This document shows positions 38,944 to 47,702 of a DNA stretch of 64,000 nucleotides, in pieces; within the stretch, counting starts at the first letter, position 1, and every line of letters starts with the position of its first letter. Source of the stretch: a bacterium (GTDB lineage: Bacteria; Electryoneota; Electryoneia; Electryoneales; Electryoneaceae); contig CAXXKJ010000002.1 in the NCBI GenBank assembly GCA_963675295.2, positions 2,464,001 to 2,528,000 on the forward strand, written 5' to 3'. Position numbers and translations under genes: made by a program. Below the pieces are notes generated by a model that was given only the letters and a program-made list of their open reading frames with translations, searched no databases and was not told the DNA's origin.

Positions 38944-38979
38944 ATGCCACGGGTTACGATCCGTGGCATTTTCATTTTT
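38944..38979 (+). terminator. Terminator (same stem family as the tkt terminator)
   Basis: atgccacggg-ttacga-tccgtggcat followed by T-rich tail. Confidence 0.8.
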
Positions 38980-38993
38980 GGTACCGATTCTTT

Positions 38994-39035
38994 TCCTCAG
39001 ACCGTAGTCCTCAGTAGTCAATCGTCAGTTGTCAG
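38994..39035. repeat. Heptamer tandem array
   Basis: tcctcag accgtag tcctcag tagtcaa tcgtcag ttgtcag. Confidence 0.65.
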
Positions 39036-39155
39036 TGTGTGCCCCGACCAGCTTGCTGGTCGGGATTGTCCGCTGGTAGCCAAGTAGGTCAGGCCCGCAT
39101 TGTCGGAACGCCAACAGGGGCATGATGCCGTTTTGACCGGTTGATCAACTTGAAT

Positions 39156-39196
39156 CCAGATCCTTCATCCGATACTGCCGGATTCAGGATGACACC
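39156..39196. repeat. REP-like dispersed repeat, copy 2
   Basis: ccagatccttcatccgatactgccggattcaggatgacacc; 39/41 identical to 10454-10494. Confidence 0.85.
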
Positions 39197-39239
39197 CTGC
39201 CTGCGATGCGTGTTCAGGGATTCATGCCTCGCGGCCAAT

Positions 39240-39274
39240 AGATCGAAGTCCGTAGACAGCAGTCCGCAGCCCAT
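39240..39274. repeat. Heptamer tandem array after the trkH stop
   Basis: agatcga agtccgt agacagc agtccgc agcccat. Confidence 0.55.
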
Positions 39275-39282
39275 GATTCGGT

Positions 39283-40722
39283 TCATTTTTCCCAATACGT
39301 CTTTGTCAGCAGCACGAGCACGGTGTACAGCTCGAGACGGCCGGCGATCATCAGGAAGGAGAGGATCCACTTGGCGAGCATCGGCATGTGGGCGTAATTC
39401 TCGGCGGGTCCGACCTCACCCAAGCCCGGGCCGATGTTGCTGAGGCAGGCGATGGTGCCGATCATCGAGGTCATGTGGTCGACGCCGAGCAGTGCCAGTG
39501 CGAAGGTTCCTGTCGCGAACAGCAGGGCGTAGAGCAGGAAGAACGCGAGCACATTCTGCACGATGTTCGCGCTCAGCACTTTGCGTCCCATGCGAATCTT
39601 GTAGATCGTGTTCGGATGGATCAGACGATGCAGTTCGATCCGTGCCTGTTTAAACAGGATCATCACGCGCACGGCTTTCATCCCGCCGCCGGTGGATCCG
39701 GCCATCCCACCCATCAGCATCAGCGCGACCAGCAGGATTTGCGGGAAAAAGTGCCACAGCTCGAAGTCGGCGGTGGCGTAGCCTGTCGTGGTGCCAATGG
39801 ATACGGTCTGGAAGGCAGCTTCGCGCAGGGCGAGGAGGAACGGCAACCCGTCCAGCAGACGGAACCCGGTTATAACCAGGCTTGCGATCACCATCACGCC
39901 GAGGAAGAAGCGGAATTCGACACTCTGCCAGTACCGTTTGATCTGCCCGCGCATGGCGTAATAGTGCAGGCTGAAGTTGACCCCAGCGATGAACATGAAC
40001 AGTGTGATGATCCAGTCGAAGTAGGCCGACTGGTAGTGCCCGATGGAGGCGTTTTTCGTCGAAAACCCGCCGGTCGCCATGGTGCCGAACGCATGGCACG
40101 CGGAGTCGAACCAGTCCATCCCGCCGAGCATCAGCAGGCCGATTTCCGCAGCTGTGAGGATAACGTAAACCACCCAGAGGATTTCAGCAGTCCCGCGGAT
40201 GCGTGGGGTAAGCTTGTCTGCGGTTGGTCCGGGCGATTCAGCTTTGAACATCTGCATCCCGCCAACGCCGAGAAACGGGAGGATGGCGATGGAGAAGACG
40301 ATAATCCCCATGCCGCCGATCCAGTGGGTGAAGCTGCGCCAGAAGAGGACGCCGTGCGGCAATCCCTCGATCTCGGTCAGGATTGACGCTCCGGTGGTGG
40401 TGAAACCGCTGGCGGATTCAAAAAATGCGTTGGTGACGGAGGGAATCGCGCCGGTAAACAGGAACGGTAGCATCCCAGCGAGACTGATTGAAAGCCAGCC
40501 GAAGGTGACGACGGCAAACCCTTCGCGGATATCGAGGTCGCGGTGTTTGCGGTTGAACCAGATGAACGCGAGACCAGTCAGCGCGGTGACGCCTGCCGCG
40601 GCGAGAATGCCGAGCGCGTCACCGTCTCCATAGATCAGTGCCACTCCGACCGACAGCAGCATCGATGCGGCGACGAAGACGAGGATAAAACCGATGGTTC
40701 GTAATGTGGCGCGATAGTTCAT
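39283..40722 (-). CDS. trkH: Trk potassium uptake permease
   Basis: FESASGFTTTGAS, TMATGGF, TTTGY, GSTGGGMK, SNIGPG, GRLE. Confidence 0.96.
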   Translation of the reverse strand: MNYRATLRTIGFILVFVAASMLLSVGVALIYGDGDALGILAAAGVTALTGLAFIWFNRKHRDLDIREGFAVVTFGWLSISLAGMLPFLFTGAIPSVTNAFFESASGFTTTGASILTEIEGLPHGVLFWRSFTHWIGGMGIIVFSIAILPFLGVGGMQMFKAESPGPTADKLTPRIRGTAEILWVVYVILTAAEIGLLMLGGMDWFDSACHAFGTMATGGFSTKNASIGHYQSAYFDWIITLFMFIAGVNFSLHYYAMRGQIKRYWQSVEFRFFLGVMVIASLVITGFRLLDGLPFLLALREAAFQTVSIGTTTGYATADFELWHFFPQILLVALMLMGGMAGSTGGGMKAVRVMILFKQARIELHRLIHPNTIYKIRMGRKVLSANIVQNVLAFFLLYALLFATGTFALALLGVDHMTSMIGTIACLSNIGPGLGEVGPAENYAHMPMLAKWILSFLMIAGRLELYTVLVLLTKTYWEK

Positions 40723-40726
40723 TGCA

Positions 40727-40761
40727 GAGGAATGAGGTATGAGGTATGAGGCCTGAGGTAA
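40727..40761. repeat. Heptamer array, downstream arm of the inverted pair
   Basis: gaggaat gaggtat gaggtat gaggcct gaggtaa. Confidence 0.92.
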
Positions 40762-40770
40762 AACATCGGA

Positions 40771-41145
40771 TCACCCTTTTTCAATCTCTAACCGAGCACC
40801 GAAAGATCGAATATAACCACGTAACGTTTTGATTGTTTCAGTGATCATTGTATTGATCTGAGAAAAAACAGCTTCTTCCGTGAACTTCAACCTGTAGGCC
40901 AGGGACCACTGGTACTCGACCTCGCGAAGTGAAGCAAAAGCTGTGTGAAGGAATCGCAACGTATCTTGATCTGTCGGTCTGCCAAAGCCCTCTACGATAT
41001 TAGACGGAACCGAAACAGCTGCCCTTCGAATTTGTGAGACAAGTCCAAACCTTTCATCCGACGGAAACTGCCTGGTTGCCTGATAGATCTCGACTGTGAG
41101 AGTGTCTGCCAGCTGAAACGCCTTTAGTGAACGATGATCTCTCAT
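40771..41145 (-). CDS. Four helix bundle protein (TIGR02436 / 23S rRNA IVP-like family)
   Basis: HRSLKAFQ...IYQATRQFPSDERFGLVSQIRRAAVSVPSNIVEG...FLHTAFASLREV; strong SD gaaaggag. Confidence 0.93.
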   Translation of the reverse strand: MRDHRSLKAFQLADTLTVEIYQATRQFPSDERFGLVSQIRRAAVSVPSNIVEGFGRPTDQDTLRFLHTAFASLREVEYQWSLAYRLKFTEEAVFSQINTMITETIKTLRGYIRSFGARLEIEKG

Positions 41146-41164
41146 TATGGATCTCCTTTCTTTT

Positions 41165-41202
41165 CCTCACGCCTCACACCTCACACCTCATACCTCAAGC
41201 CT
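41165..41202. repeat. Heptamer array, upstream arm of the inverted pair
   Basis: cctcacg cctcaca cctcaca cctcata cctcaag cct. Confidence 0.92.
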
Positions 41203-41203
41203 G

Positions 41204-42550
41204 TCATTCAAACAGCTTCATCGCTTTACGGCTGGCGTCCGGCGTACAGAACAACACAACACGGTCTCCTACATAGATTTTGGTGTCTCCGACCGGGATG
41301 ACACCCTGGCGTTCGTGCTCGACCGCTACCACGATCGAGCCGGCAGGGAACTTGATGTCCCGGATCTCTTTGCCGACGACCTTGGAATCTGCGCTGACCT
41401 GGAACTCGAGTGCCTCGGCGTTGACGGCTGCCATATGGCGCAGCGAAACGATACGTCCGAAACGGATGAACTTGAGGATCGCGTTCGAGGTCAACAGGCG
41501 CGGGTTGATCGCTATTTCGAGCCCGATGGTACGGATGATCGGGGGATAGGCGGCGTTGCTGGTCAACGTGATAGTGCGCGGGACTTCGAGATGCCGGGCG
41601 AGCAGACTGGTGACGATGTTGTCTTCGTCATCGTCGCTCAGCGCGGCGAAGATATCCATGTCGATGATGCCTTCGCGACCGAGCAGGTCGATATCAGACA
41701 TCTCACCGATCACGACCTCGGTTTCGGACAGTTCTGCGGCGGCTTCCTCACCGCGTACCGGGTCGGTTTCTACCAGTTTGACCTGCAGGTCCTTGAACTG
41801 CTCGAGCTCGGCCGCGACCATGCGTCCGATGGAGGTCGCGCCGTAGAGCATGACGCGGTGGCTGGTGTCGACGGTGTGCCCGGCGAGGCGAAAGACCTCA
41901 TTCAGGTGTTCGGTGCGGGCGGAAACATAAACATCGTCCCCGAGCAGGATGTGATCCTGTCCGCGTGGAATGATGGTTTCGCCGTCACGGCTGATGGCGA
42001 CGAGACGGAACGACAGCTTGTCCTGCTGCACGTCAATTTCCATCAGCTGCTTGCCGATCATCGGCGAATCTGCCTTGATTTTCAGGCCGACAATGGCGAT
42101 GTGCTGTTCGCAGAAGGTGATCATTTCCAGCACCTGCGGGTAGCGCACGAGCCGGACAATTTCCTTCGTCGCCTCGTGTTCCGGGTGAATCACGAGGTCA
42201 ATACCGAGATCGGAGGAATCGAGGAACGACTGTTCGGAGGAGAATTCGCGATTACGTACACGGGCGATCTTGGTCTTCACTCCGAACTGTTTCGCAATCA
42301 TGCAGGCAAGGATGTTGACCTCATCGACGGTGGTGACCGCGATGATCATGTCCTTGTCCTGAATTTTCGCCTCACGCAGCACGGACGGACTGGTGCCCGC
42401 GCCCTCGATCGCCATGACGTCGAGCTGTTCCTCGATCATCGCGATACGGTGAGGATCCTGGTCAACGACGGTGATATTGTGGTTTTCCCGGCTCAGAAGA
42501 CGAGCGAGGTGCGAACCGACTTCACCGGCGCCGATGATCAGGATATTCAT
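41204..42550 (-). CDS. trkA: Trk system potassium transporter TrkA
   Basis: MNILIIGAGEVG, two RCK_N/RCK_C pairs, IARVRN. Confidence 0.95.
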   Translation of the reverse strand: MNILIIGAGEVGSHLARLLSRENHNITVVDQDPHRIAMIEEQLDVMAIEGAGTSPSVLREAKIQDKDMIIAVTTVDEVNILACMIAKQFGVKTKIARVRNREFSSEQSFLDSSDLGIDLVIHPEHEATKEIVRLVRYPQVLEMITFCEQHIAIVGLKIKADSPMIGKQLMEIDVQQDKLSFRLVAISRDGETIIPRGQDHILLGDDVYVSARTEHLNEVFRLAGHTVDTSHRVMLYGATSIGRMVAAELEQFKDLQVKLVETDPVRGEEAAAELSETEVVIGEMSDIDLLGREGIIDMDIFAALSDDDEDNIVTSLLARHLEVPRTITLTSNAAYPPIIRTIGLEIAINPRLLTSNAILKFIRFGRIVSLRHMAAVNAEALEFQVSADSKVVGKEIRDIKFPAGSIVVAVEHERQGVIPVGDTKIYVGDRVVLFCTPDASRKAMKLFE

Positions 42551-42551
42551 C

Positions 42552-43832
42552 TCAGACTCCAGCAATCTGGTCGAGTCCACCCATGTAGTTCTGCAGGGCG
42601 GCGGGGATCCGTATCCGGCCTTCCGGCGTCTGATACGTTTCCATGACAGCCACCATCAGGCGGCTGGTGGCGAGTCCGGAACCGTTTAAAGTGTGCGGCA
42701 GTTCCGGTTTGCCGTGATCGCCGGCACGGTAACGCAGGTTCATCCGGCGGGCCTGGAAGTCGCGAAAGTTGCTGACGCTGCTGACTTCGAGCCAGGATCC
42801 CGTTCCCGGCGCCCAGACTTCGATATCGAAACAGCGGGCCGCTCCGAACGACATTTCCCCGCAACACAGGTCGAGTACACGATAACGCAGCTTGAGCCGT
42901 TCCAGAATTTCGGTCGCATGGCCGAGGATTTCCAGCTGTGTCTGCTCGGATGTTTCCGGCTCGACGATCTGCACCAACTCCACCTTGTTAAACTGATGCA
43001 CGCGCAGCAGACCGCGTGTATCCGCGCCGTACGCTCCCGCCTCACGGCGGAAACAGGCGGAATATGCGGTGTATTTCAACGGCAACATGTCACCGTCGAC
43101 GATCTCATTGCGGTGCATGTTCGTGATCGGCACTTCGGAGGTCGGGATGAGGAACAGGTCATCCTTCTCCATCAGGTACATGTCCTCTTCCAGCTTTGGC
43201 AACTGGGAGGTACCGAACGCGGAGTCGCGGTTGACAGCAAACGGGACGTACAGTTCGTTGTAGCCGTGCTCACCGGTCTGAATGTCGAGCATGAAGTTGA
43301 TCAGCGCCCGTTCCAGCCGTGCGCCCTTGCCGACGTACAGCGGCCAGCCACCGCCGGTGATTTTCGCTCCACGGGGCATGTCGAGGATGCCGAGACCTTC
43401 CGCCAGCGCGAGGTGATCCTGCAGTTTGAAGTCCGGTGCTGGCTCATCAGGCGTCCATTCACGGACTTCCAGATTTTCGGCTTCGGTCAGGCCTTCGGGC
43501 GCGTTCGGATCGGGCTCAGCAGGCCAGTTGGAGAGCAGTTTGTCCAGCTCGGCGCGAACGTCGCGTTTCTCGTCATCCAACGCGGCAGCCTGTTCGCGCA
43601 AGCTGCGGGCGTGATCCATCTCTTCCTGCGCGTCGCGGCCGGCTTTTTTCGCCATGCCGATCGCCTTGGACGCCTTGTTCAGCTCGGCCTTGAATTCATC
43701 TCCGCGCTGTGTCATCTCGCGCCAGCGAGCGTCGAGTTCGAGAGCCTTGGCGGTGTCGGCGTCAAAACCCTTTCGGGCAATGGCGGCCTTGACATCGTCG
43801 GAGTTCTGGCGCAGGCGTTTTATATCATGCAT
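42552..43832 (-). CDS. serS: Serine--tRNA ligase
   Basis: LIPTSEVP, CFRREAG, RVHQFNKVE, EVSSVSN, HTLNGSGLA; start MHDIK. Confidence 0.97.
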   Translation of the reverse strand: MHDIKRLRQNSDDVKAAIARKGFDADTAKALELDARWREMTQRGDEFKAELNKASKAIGMAKKAGRDAQEEMDHARSLREQAAALDDEKRDVRAELDKLLSNWPAEPDPNAPEGLTEAENLEVREWTPDEPAPDFKLQDHLALAEGLGILDMPRGAKITGGGWPLYVGKGARLERALINFMLDIQTGEHGYNELYVPFAVNRDSAFGTSQLPKLEEDMYLMEKDDLFLIPTSEVPITNMHRNEIVDGDMLPLKYTAYSACFRREAGAYGADTRGLLRVHQFNKVELVQIVEPETSEQTQLEILGHATEILERLKLRYRVLDLCCGEMSFGAARCFDIEVWAPGTGSWLEVSSVSNFRDFQARRMNLRYRAGDHGKPELPHTLNGSGLATSRLMVAVMETYQTPEGRIRIPAALQNYMGGLDQIAGV

Positions 43833-43926
43833 CGGTAAATCGTCCTGAATGTTGTGGGGCTTGTGATCCCCATCCGTGAAAACGGCAGCCAGTGGCTGCC
43901 GGGAAGTCGCTGAAGTGTAACGGTCG

Positions 43927-45345
43927 TCAGTGCCCTTTCCCGGCAAGAACGACGGCAAATGTATGCATTAGAATCTTCATATCAAGGCCGATCGACATAT
44001 TCTCGATATAGAACAGGTCGTACTGGAGTTTCTCGCGCACGTCCGATTCGGTCACATCATAACCCCGCCGAACCTGCGCCCAGCCTGTGATGCCGGGTTT
44101 AACGTTGTGCCGCCTGTTGTAAAATGGGATCCGTTCGACGAACCTCTCAACGAAGATCCGCCGTTCCGGTCTCGGTCCGACGAGGCTCATGTCGCCTCTC
44201 AGCACGTTCCACGCCTGCGGTAATTCATCAATCCGCCATGCCCGCAGCACACGTCCGAGCGGTGTGATCCGTGGATCATCGTTCGTGGCCCAGACGGCAC
44301 CGGTTTTCTCTTCCGCATCCTGGTACATGCTACGGAATTTGTAAAGCTTGAATTCCCTTCCGCGCAATCCAACCCGGCTTTGTACGAACAGCGCCGGCCC
44401 GGGCGAAGTTACCCGGATGATGATACCGATTGCCAACAACACCGGCAGACCGAGAGTCAGCACCAGCAGCGAGACGAACAGGTCGACGATTCGTTTCAGC
44501 ACGACCTGTGTTGGATTCATTGGCGCGAGGAAGACTTCCAGCAACGGCAGTCCGTACAGCTCGCGGCTCTTCGCCATACCGACCAGGATCTGGAAGAAGT
44601 CGGGGACGATCATCACCCGCAACCCGCGCCAGTGGGCGACTTCGATGATTTGTTCGGCTTGTTCGCGCTGTTCCGGTTCCATCGCGATCAGCACGTATTC
44701 CAGGTCCGGATGCTGGTCGATGAACGCTCCAAGCTTGCTTATAGCGATCGCGGGGACATCCTCAGGGGACTCGTCCTCAGGCAGCGTGGCGACAGCCTGC
44801 ACCGCATGGCCGAACTCGGGAGAGACGGTCAACTGTTTCAGCAGCTTCTGTCCGCGTGGCCCGAATCCAGCGATGACGGAACGGAACTGCCCGATACGCC
44901 GCAGGTACAGCGAGCGAATCCAAGTGCGGAACAGGGCGTGCGCCGACCCGGACGCGAGAATCACCAGCAGACCGTAGGTGAGCAGCACCAGGCGGCTGGT
45001 GGTGAACGGATTTTCCGACCACGTGACAATGAAGATGATCACCAGGCCGATGACAACGGCTTTGATGATCTCGATGAATGCTTCGAAGCGTGAAATGCTG
45101 GTTTTACGGCTGTACAATCCGCGCAGAGTGTAGACGATCAGCCAGTAGGCCATCGGCACCAGCGAGAGGATCATGTACTCCCACGAGAGGACGCTGAAGC
45201 CCGGCACGAGCGGGTCGTTGAACAGGTCGGTCTCAAACCGAAGCGACCAAGTGAGGAAAAGGGCGACCTGGAACGCGAGGAGGTCCAGGAGGATCAGAGC
45301 CGGCGCACGGTGCCGGATGATCCAGTTCAGCGTACGCGATCCCAT
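43927..45345 (-). CDS. Polyprenyl-phosphate sugar phosphotransferase (WcaJ-like priming GT)
   Basis: KFRSM, DDPRIT, IDELPQ, GDMSLVGPRPE, KPGITGWAQV. Confidence 0.93.
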   Translation of the reverse strand: MGSRTLNWIIRHRAPALILLDLLAFQVALFLTWSLRFETDLFNDPLVPGFSVLSWEYMILSLVPMAYWLIVYTLRGLYSRKTSISRFEAFIEIIKAVVIGLVIIFIVTWSENPFTTSRLVLLTYGLLVILASGSAHALFRTWIRSLYLRRIGQFRSVIAGFGPRGQKLLKQLTVSPEFGHAVQAVATLPEDESPEDVPAIAISKLGAFIDQHPDLEYVLIAMEPEQREQAEQIIEVAHWRGLRVMIVPDFFQILVGMAKSRELYGLPLLEVFLAPMNPTQVVLKRIVDLFVSLLVLTLGLPVLLAIGIIIRVTSPGPALFVQSRVGLRGREFKLYKFRSMYQDAEEKTGAVWATNDDPRITPLGRVLRAWRIDELPQAWNVLRGDMSLVGPRPERRIFVERFVERIPFYNRRHNVKPGITGWAQVRRGYDVTESDVREKLQYDLFYIENMSIGLDMKILMHTFAVVLAGKGH

Positions 45346-46484
45346 GACGAGAACGATCCGAGCTTGAATCCGTCAATGGAACCTTGATACGCTGCGTGCA
45401 ACATCAGCACCGCGTAGTAACTGTGGGTGAGGATCGGCACAGACTTGTAGCGGCCCAATCCCCGACCGAGAATGGCGAGGAATCCCAGTATGGTGCTGCT
45501 GAAAAAGAAGAATCGTTGCAGGGCGTCAGATCGCCCGAGCAACAGCTTGATGGTTGCGGAGACCAGCATCGCGAGGAGCAGGAACGGCGCACCCCAGCGC
45601 AGGATCTTGTGGCTGATGGTGAGCCACGCCAGCCGTGGAAAGCGGAACGGGTTGAGCACCCAGCGGAACTTGATGATGCCGGCGACGGACTGCTGCACGA
45701 TCCGCATCTTGCGCCGGTGTTCGATCTCGAGGTCCGGTTCCTCGACCTGTTCCCGGCAGATCGCGTTCGGGGCGAACACGGTGCGGTAGCCCTTTACCGC
45801 AATCAGCATCGGCTGCCAGAAATCCTCGTACACGTCTGGCGGCAGGTCGACGAACATGCTGCGTCGGACGGCGTAGATCGATCCCATCGCTCCCAGCGCA
45901 CCGCCTGAGGCCGATTCGGTCTTCTTGTAGAACAGTTCAATGCTGTTCCAGAAAAAACCCTCCGTCGCGCTACGTGAATCACCCTTGTCGAGATAAACGT
46001 GATTCCCGGCGACGCTGCCGACTTTCGGGTCCTGGAACGGTCGCACCAGCTCGCGAAGCGCGTCGTTGTCGAACGGTGTGTTGGCGTCAGAAAAGACGAG
46101 GATCTCGCCCTTGGCGTGTTCACGGACCGCGCGTCGTTGCGCCTCGGTTTTGCCGACGTTTCCGTATTCCGCGAGGAACACACCCTGGTCGGCGAAGCTG
46201 CGTACCACGTTCGGCGTATCGTCGGTGCAGCCGTTGGCAGCGACAATGACGGTGTACTTGTCTTTCGGGTAGTCGAGGGCGACGCTGTTGGCGATTTTAT
46301 CACCGATGACGTCCGCTTCGTTGCGAGCGGCGATAATCATCGTGATCGTGGGCAGTTGATCGTCCGTCTGATCGGCGTAAAAGGGCTCACCTTTACGACG
46401 TGCGCTGACAAGGAGAATCGCCGGGAAAAGGATAAACTGGTAGGCCAGCAGTGCAATTGGCATGTAGAACAGCCATGTCAGCAT
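45327..46484 (-). CDS. Glycosyltransferase family 2
   Basis: IAARNEA, GCTDDT, FSDAN, YEDF, C-terminal TMs. Confidence 0.9.
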   Translation of the reverse strand: MLTWLFYMPIALLAYQFILFPAILLVSARRKGEPFYADQTDDQLPTITMIIAARNEADVIGDKIANSVALDYPKDKYTVIVAANGCTDDTPNVVRSFADQGVFLAEYGNVGKTEAQRRAVREHAKGEILVFSDANTPFDNDALRELVRPFQDPKVGSVAGNHVYLDKGDSRSATEGFFWNSIELFYKKTESASGGALGAMGSIYAVRRSMFVDLPPDVYEDFWQPMLIAVKGYRTVFAPNAICREQVEEPDLEIEHRRKMRIVQQSVAGIIKFRWVLNPFRFPRLAWLTISHKILRWGAPFLLLAMLVSATIKLLLGRSDALQRFFFFSSTILGFLAILGRGLGRYKSVPILTHSYYAVLMLHAAYQGSIDGFKLGSFSSWDRVR

Positions 46485-46487
46485 GGT

Positions 46488-47702
46488 TTATCCTTGAAGT
46501 GTGACCGTTTTCCCGGGCCGATACGTTGGAACAGCAAGATCTTGATAAACTCGCAGCAAGTCCACTCTGAACCGCTCCCAGTTCCATTCGTCGCGCGCGT
46601 GTTTCCACGCCTGCCGTCCCATGGCCCGGGTGCTTGTCGGGTCGAGGATCATCTCCCTGATGCAATGATACAACCGTTGAGCGTCAAATGGGACCACTCG
46701 TCCCATGCCACGCTCCTCGATTTCCTGCTTCGCGAGCGGCATGCTGGCGCAGACCACCGGGGCGATTCCCCGGCTGGCGTAGCTCATCAATTTATTTGCC
46801 GGCCAGATGCGGGAGCTGTGTTCGTCCTCACGCAGAGCGACGACACCAATGTCCATGGTGTCCAGCAAATCTGGAAGTTCCGGGCGATTCACCCAGCCGG
46901 ACAACTTGACACGGTCCCGCAGTCCGGTCCGATCCGCCCAGAGGTCGAACCAGTGGCGGTCGTTTTCGTTGAGGAAGTCGCCTGCGGTCTGGAGGATCAG
47001 CTCCGGGAATTCCGCTGCCAGTTTTTCGAATGCTTCCAGCAGCAGATCCATCCCGCGATTCAAGGTAAAGTAACCCTCATGGCCGAGCACGCGCACCTTG
47101 CCCCGGCGTGAAATCGGTTTCTCTCGAATCTCCGGCGCGGTTAGCACAGTGCGGACGCTGATGAACGGATTCTGCCACAGGTAGTATTTCTGTTCCAGCT
47201 TGTGCGCGGTGATGACGGCATCCACATGCCGCGTGACCATGTACTGCTCGTATTCGAGGAAGCCGTGTACGATTAAACGACGCAGCAGCCGGTTGTTCAC
47301 TGCCGCGGCATAAAAGTATGGCCAGGCTTCATGGGCGTCGAAGATCAGCTTGGCGTCATGCCCCTGGCGAATGCGTCGGCTCTTGGCGTGCGCTCCGGCA
47401 AACAGGGCGGCGTCGCCCTCATGCGCGTGATACACATCCGCTTCCTCCGCGAACGCCAGTTTCAGCAGGGAATAGAGGGTGTAGGCTTTCCGTAACGGTC
47501 CGTTGAACTTCTTTTCATATGTGACGATACGGATACCGTCCTCTTCGAACCGTTGCGGCATGGTGCCGGGATTCGGCGCGATGATGGTGACCTGGTGCCC
47601 GGCGTCGCGCAATGCTTTTGCTTCAAGGTGAAACATGCGCCCGTCAAACGGATGGTGCTGAGCGCACAGTTTCACGATCCGATATCGTTTCATATCGCTC
47701 AT
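46488..47702 (-). CDS. Glycosyltransferase family 4-like
   Basis: HHPFDGRMF, DVYHAHE, FDAHE, RGMD, PANKLMSY. Confidence 0.85.
   Translation of the reverse strand: MSDMKRYRIVKLCAQHHPFDGRMFHLEAKALRDAGHQVTIIAPNPGTMPQRFEEDGIRIVTYEKKFNGPLRKAYTLYSLLKLAFAEEADVYHAHEGDAALFAGAHAKSRRIRQGHDAKLIFDAHEAWPYFYAAAVNNRLLRRLIVHGFLEYEQYMVTRHVDAVITAHKLEQKYYLWQNPFISVRTVLTAPEIREKPISRRGKVRVLGHEGYFTLNRGMDLLLEAFEKLAAEFPELILQTAGDFLNENDRHWFDLWADRTGLRDRVKLSGWVNRPELPDLLDTMDIGVVALREDEHSSRIWPANKLMSYASRGIAPVVCASMPLAKQEIEERGMGRVVPFDAQRLYHCIREMILDPTSTRAMGRQAWKHARDEWNWERFRVDLLRVYQDLAVPTYRPGKTVTLQG

Noticed and set aside
40771-41145. DGR (Avd-like) or IS interpretation of the four-helix-bundle cassette
   Set aside because: No reverse transcriptase, TR/VR pair, transposase or clear target-site duplication in the window
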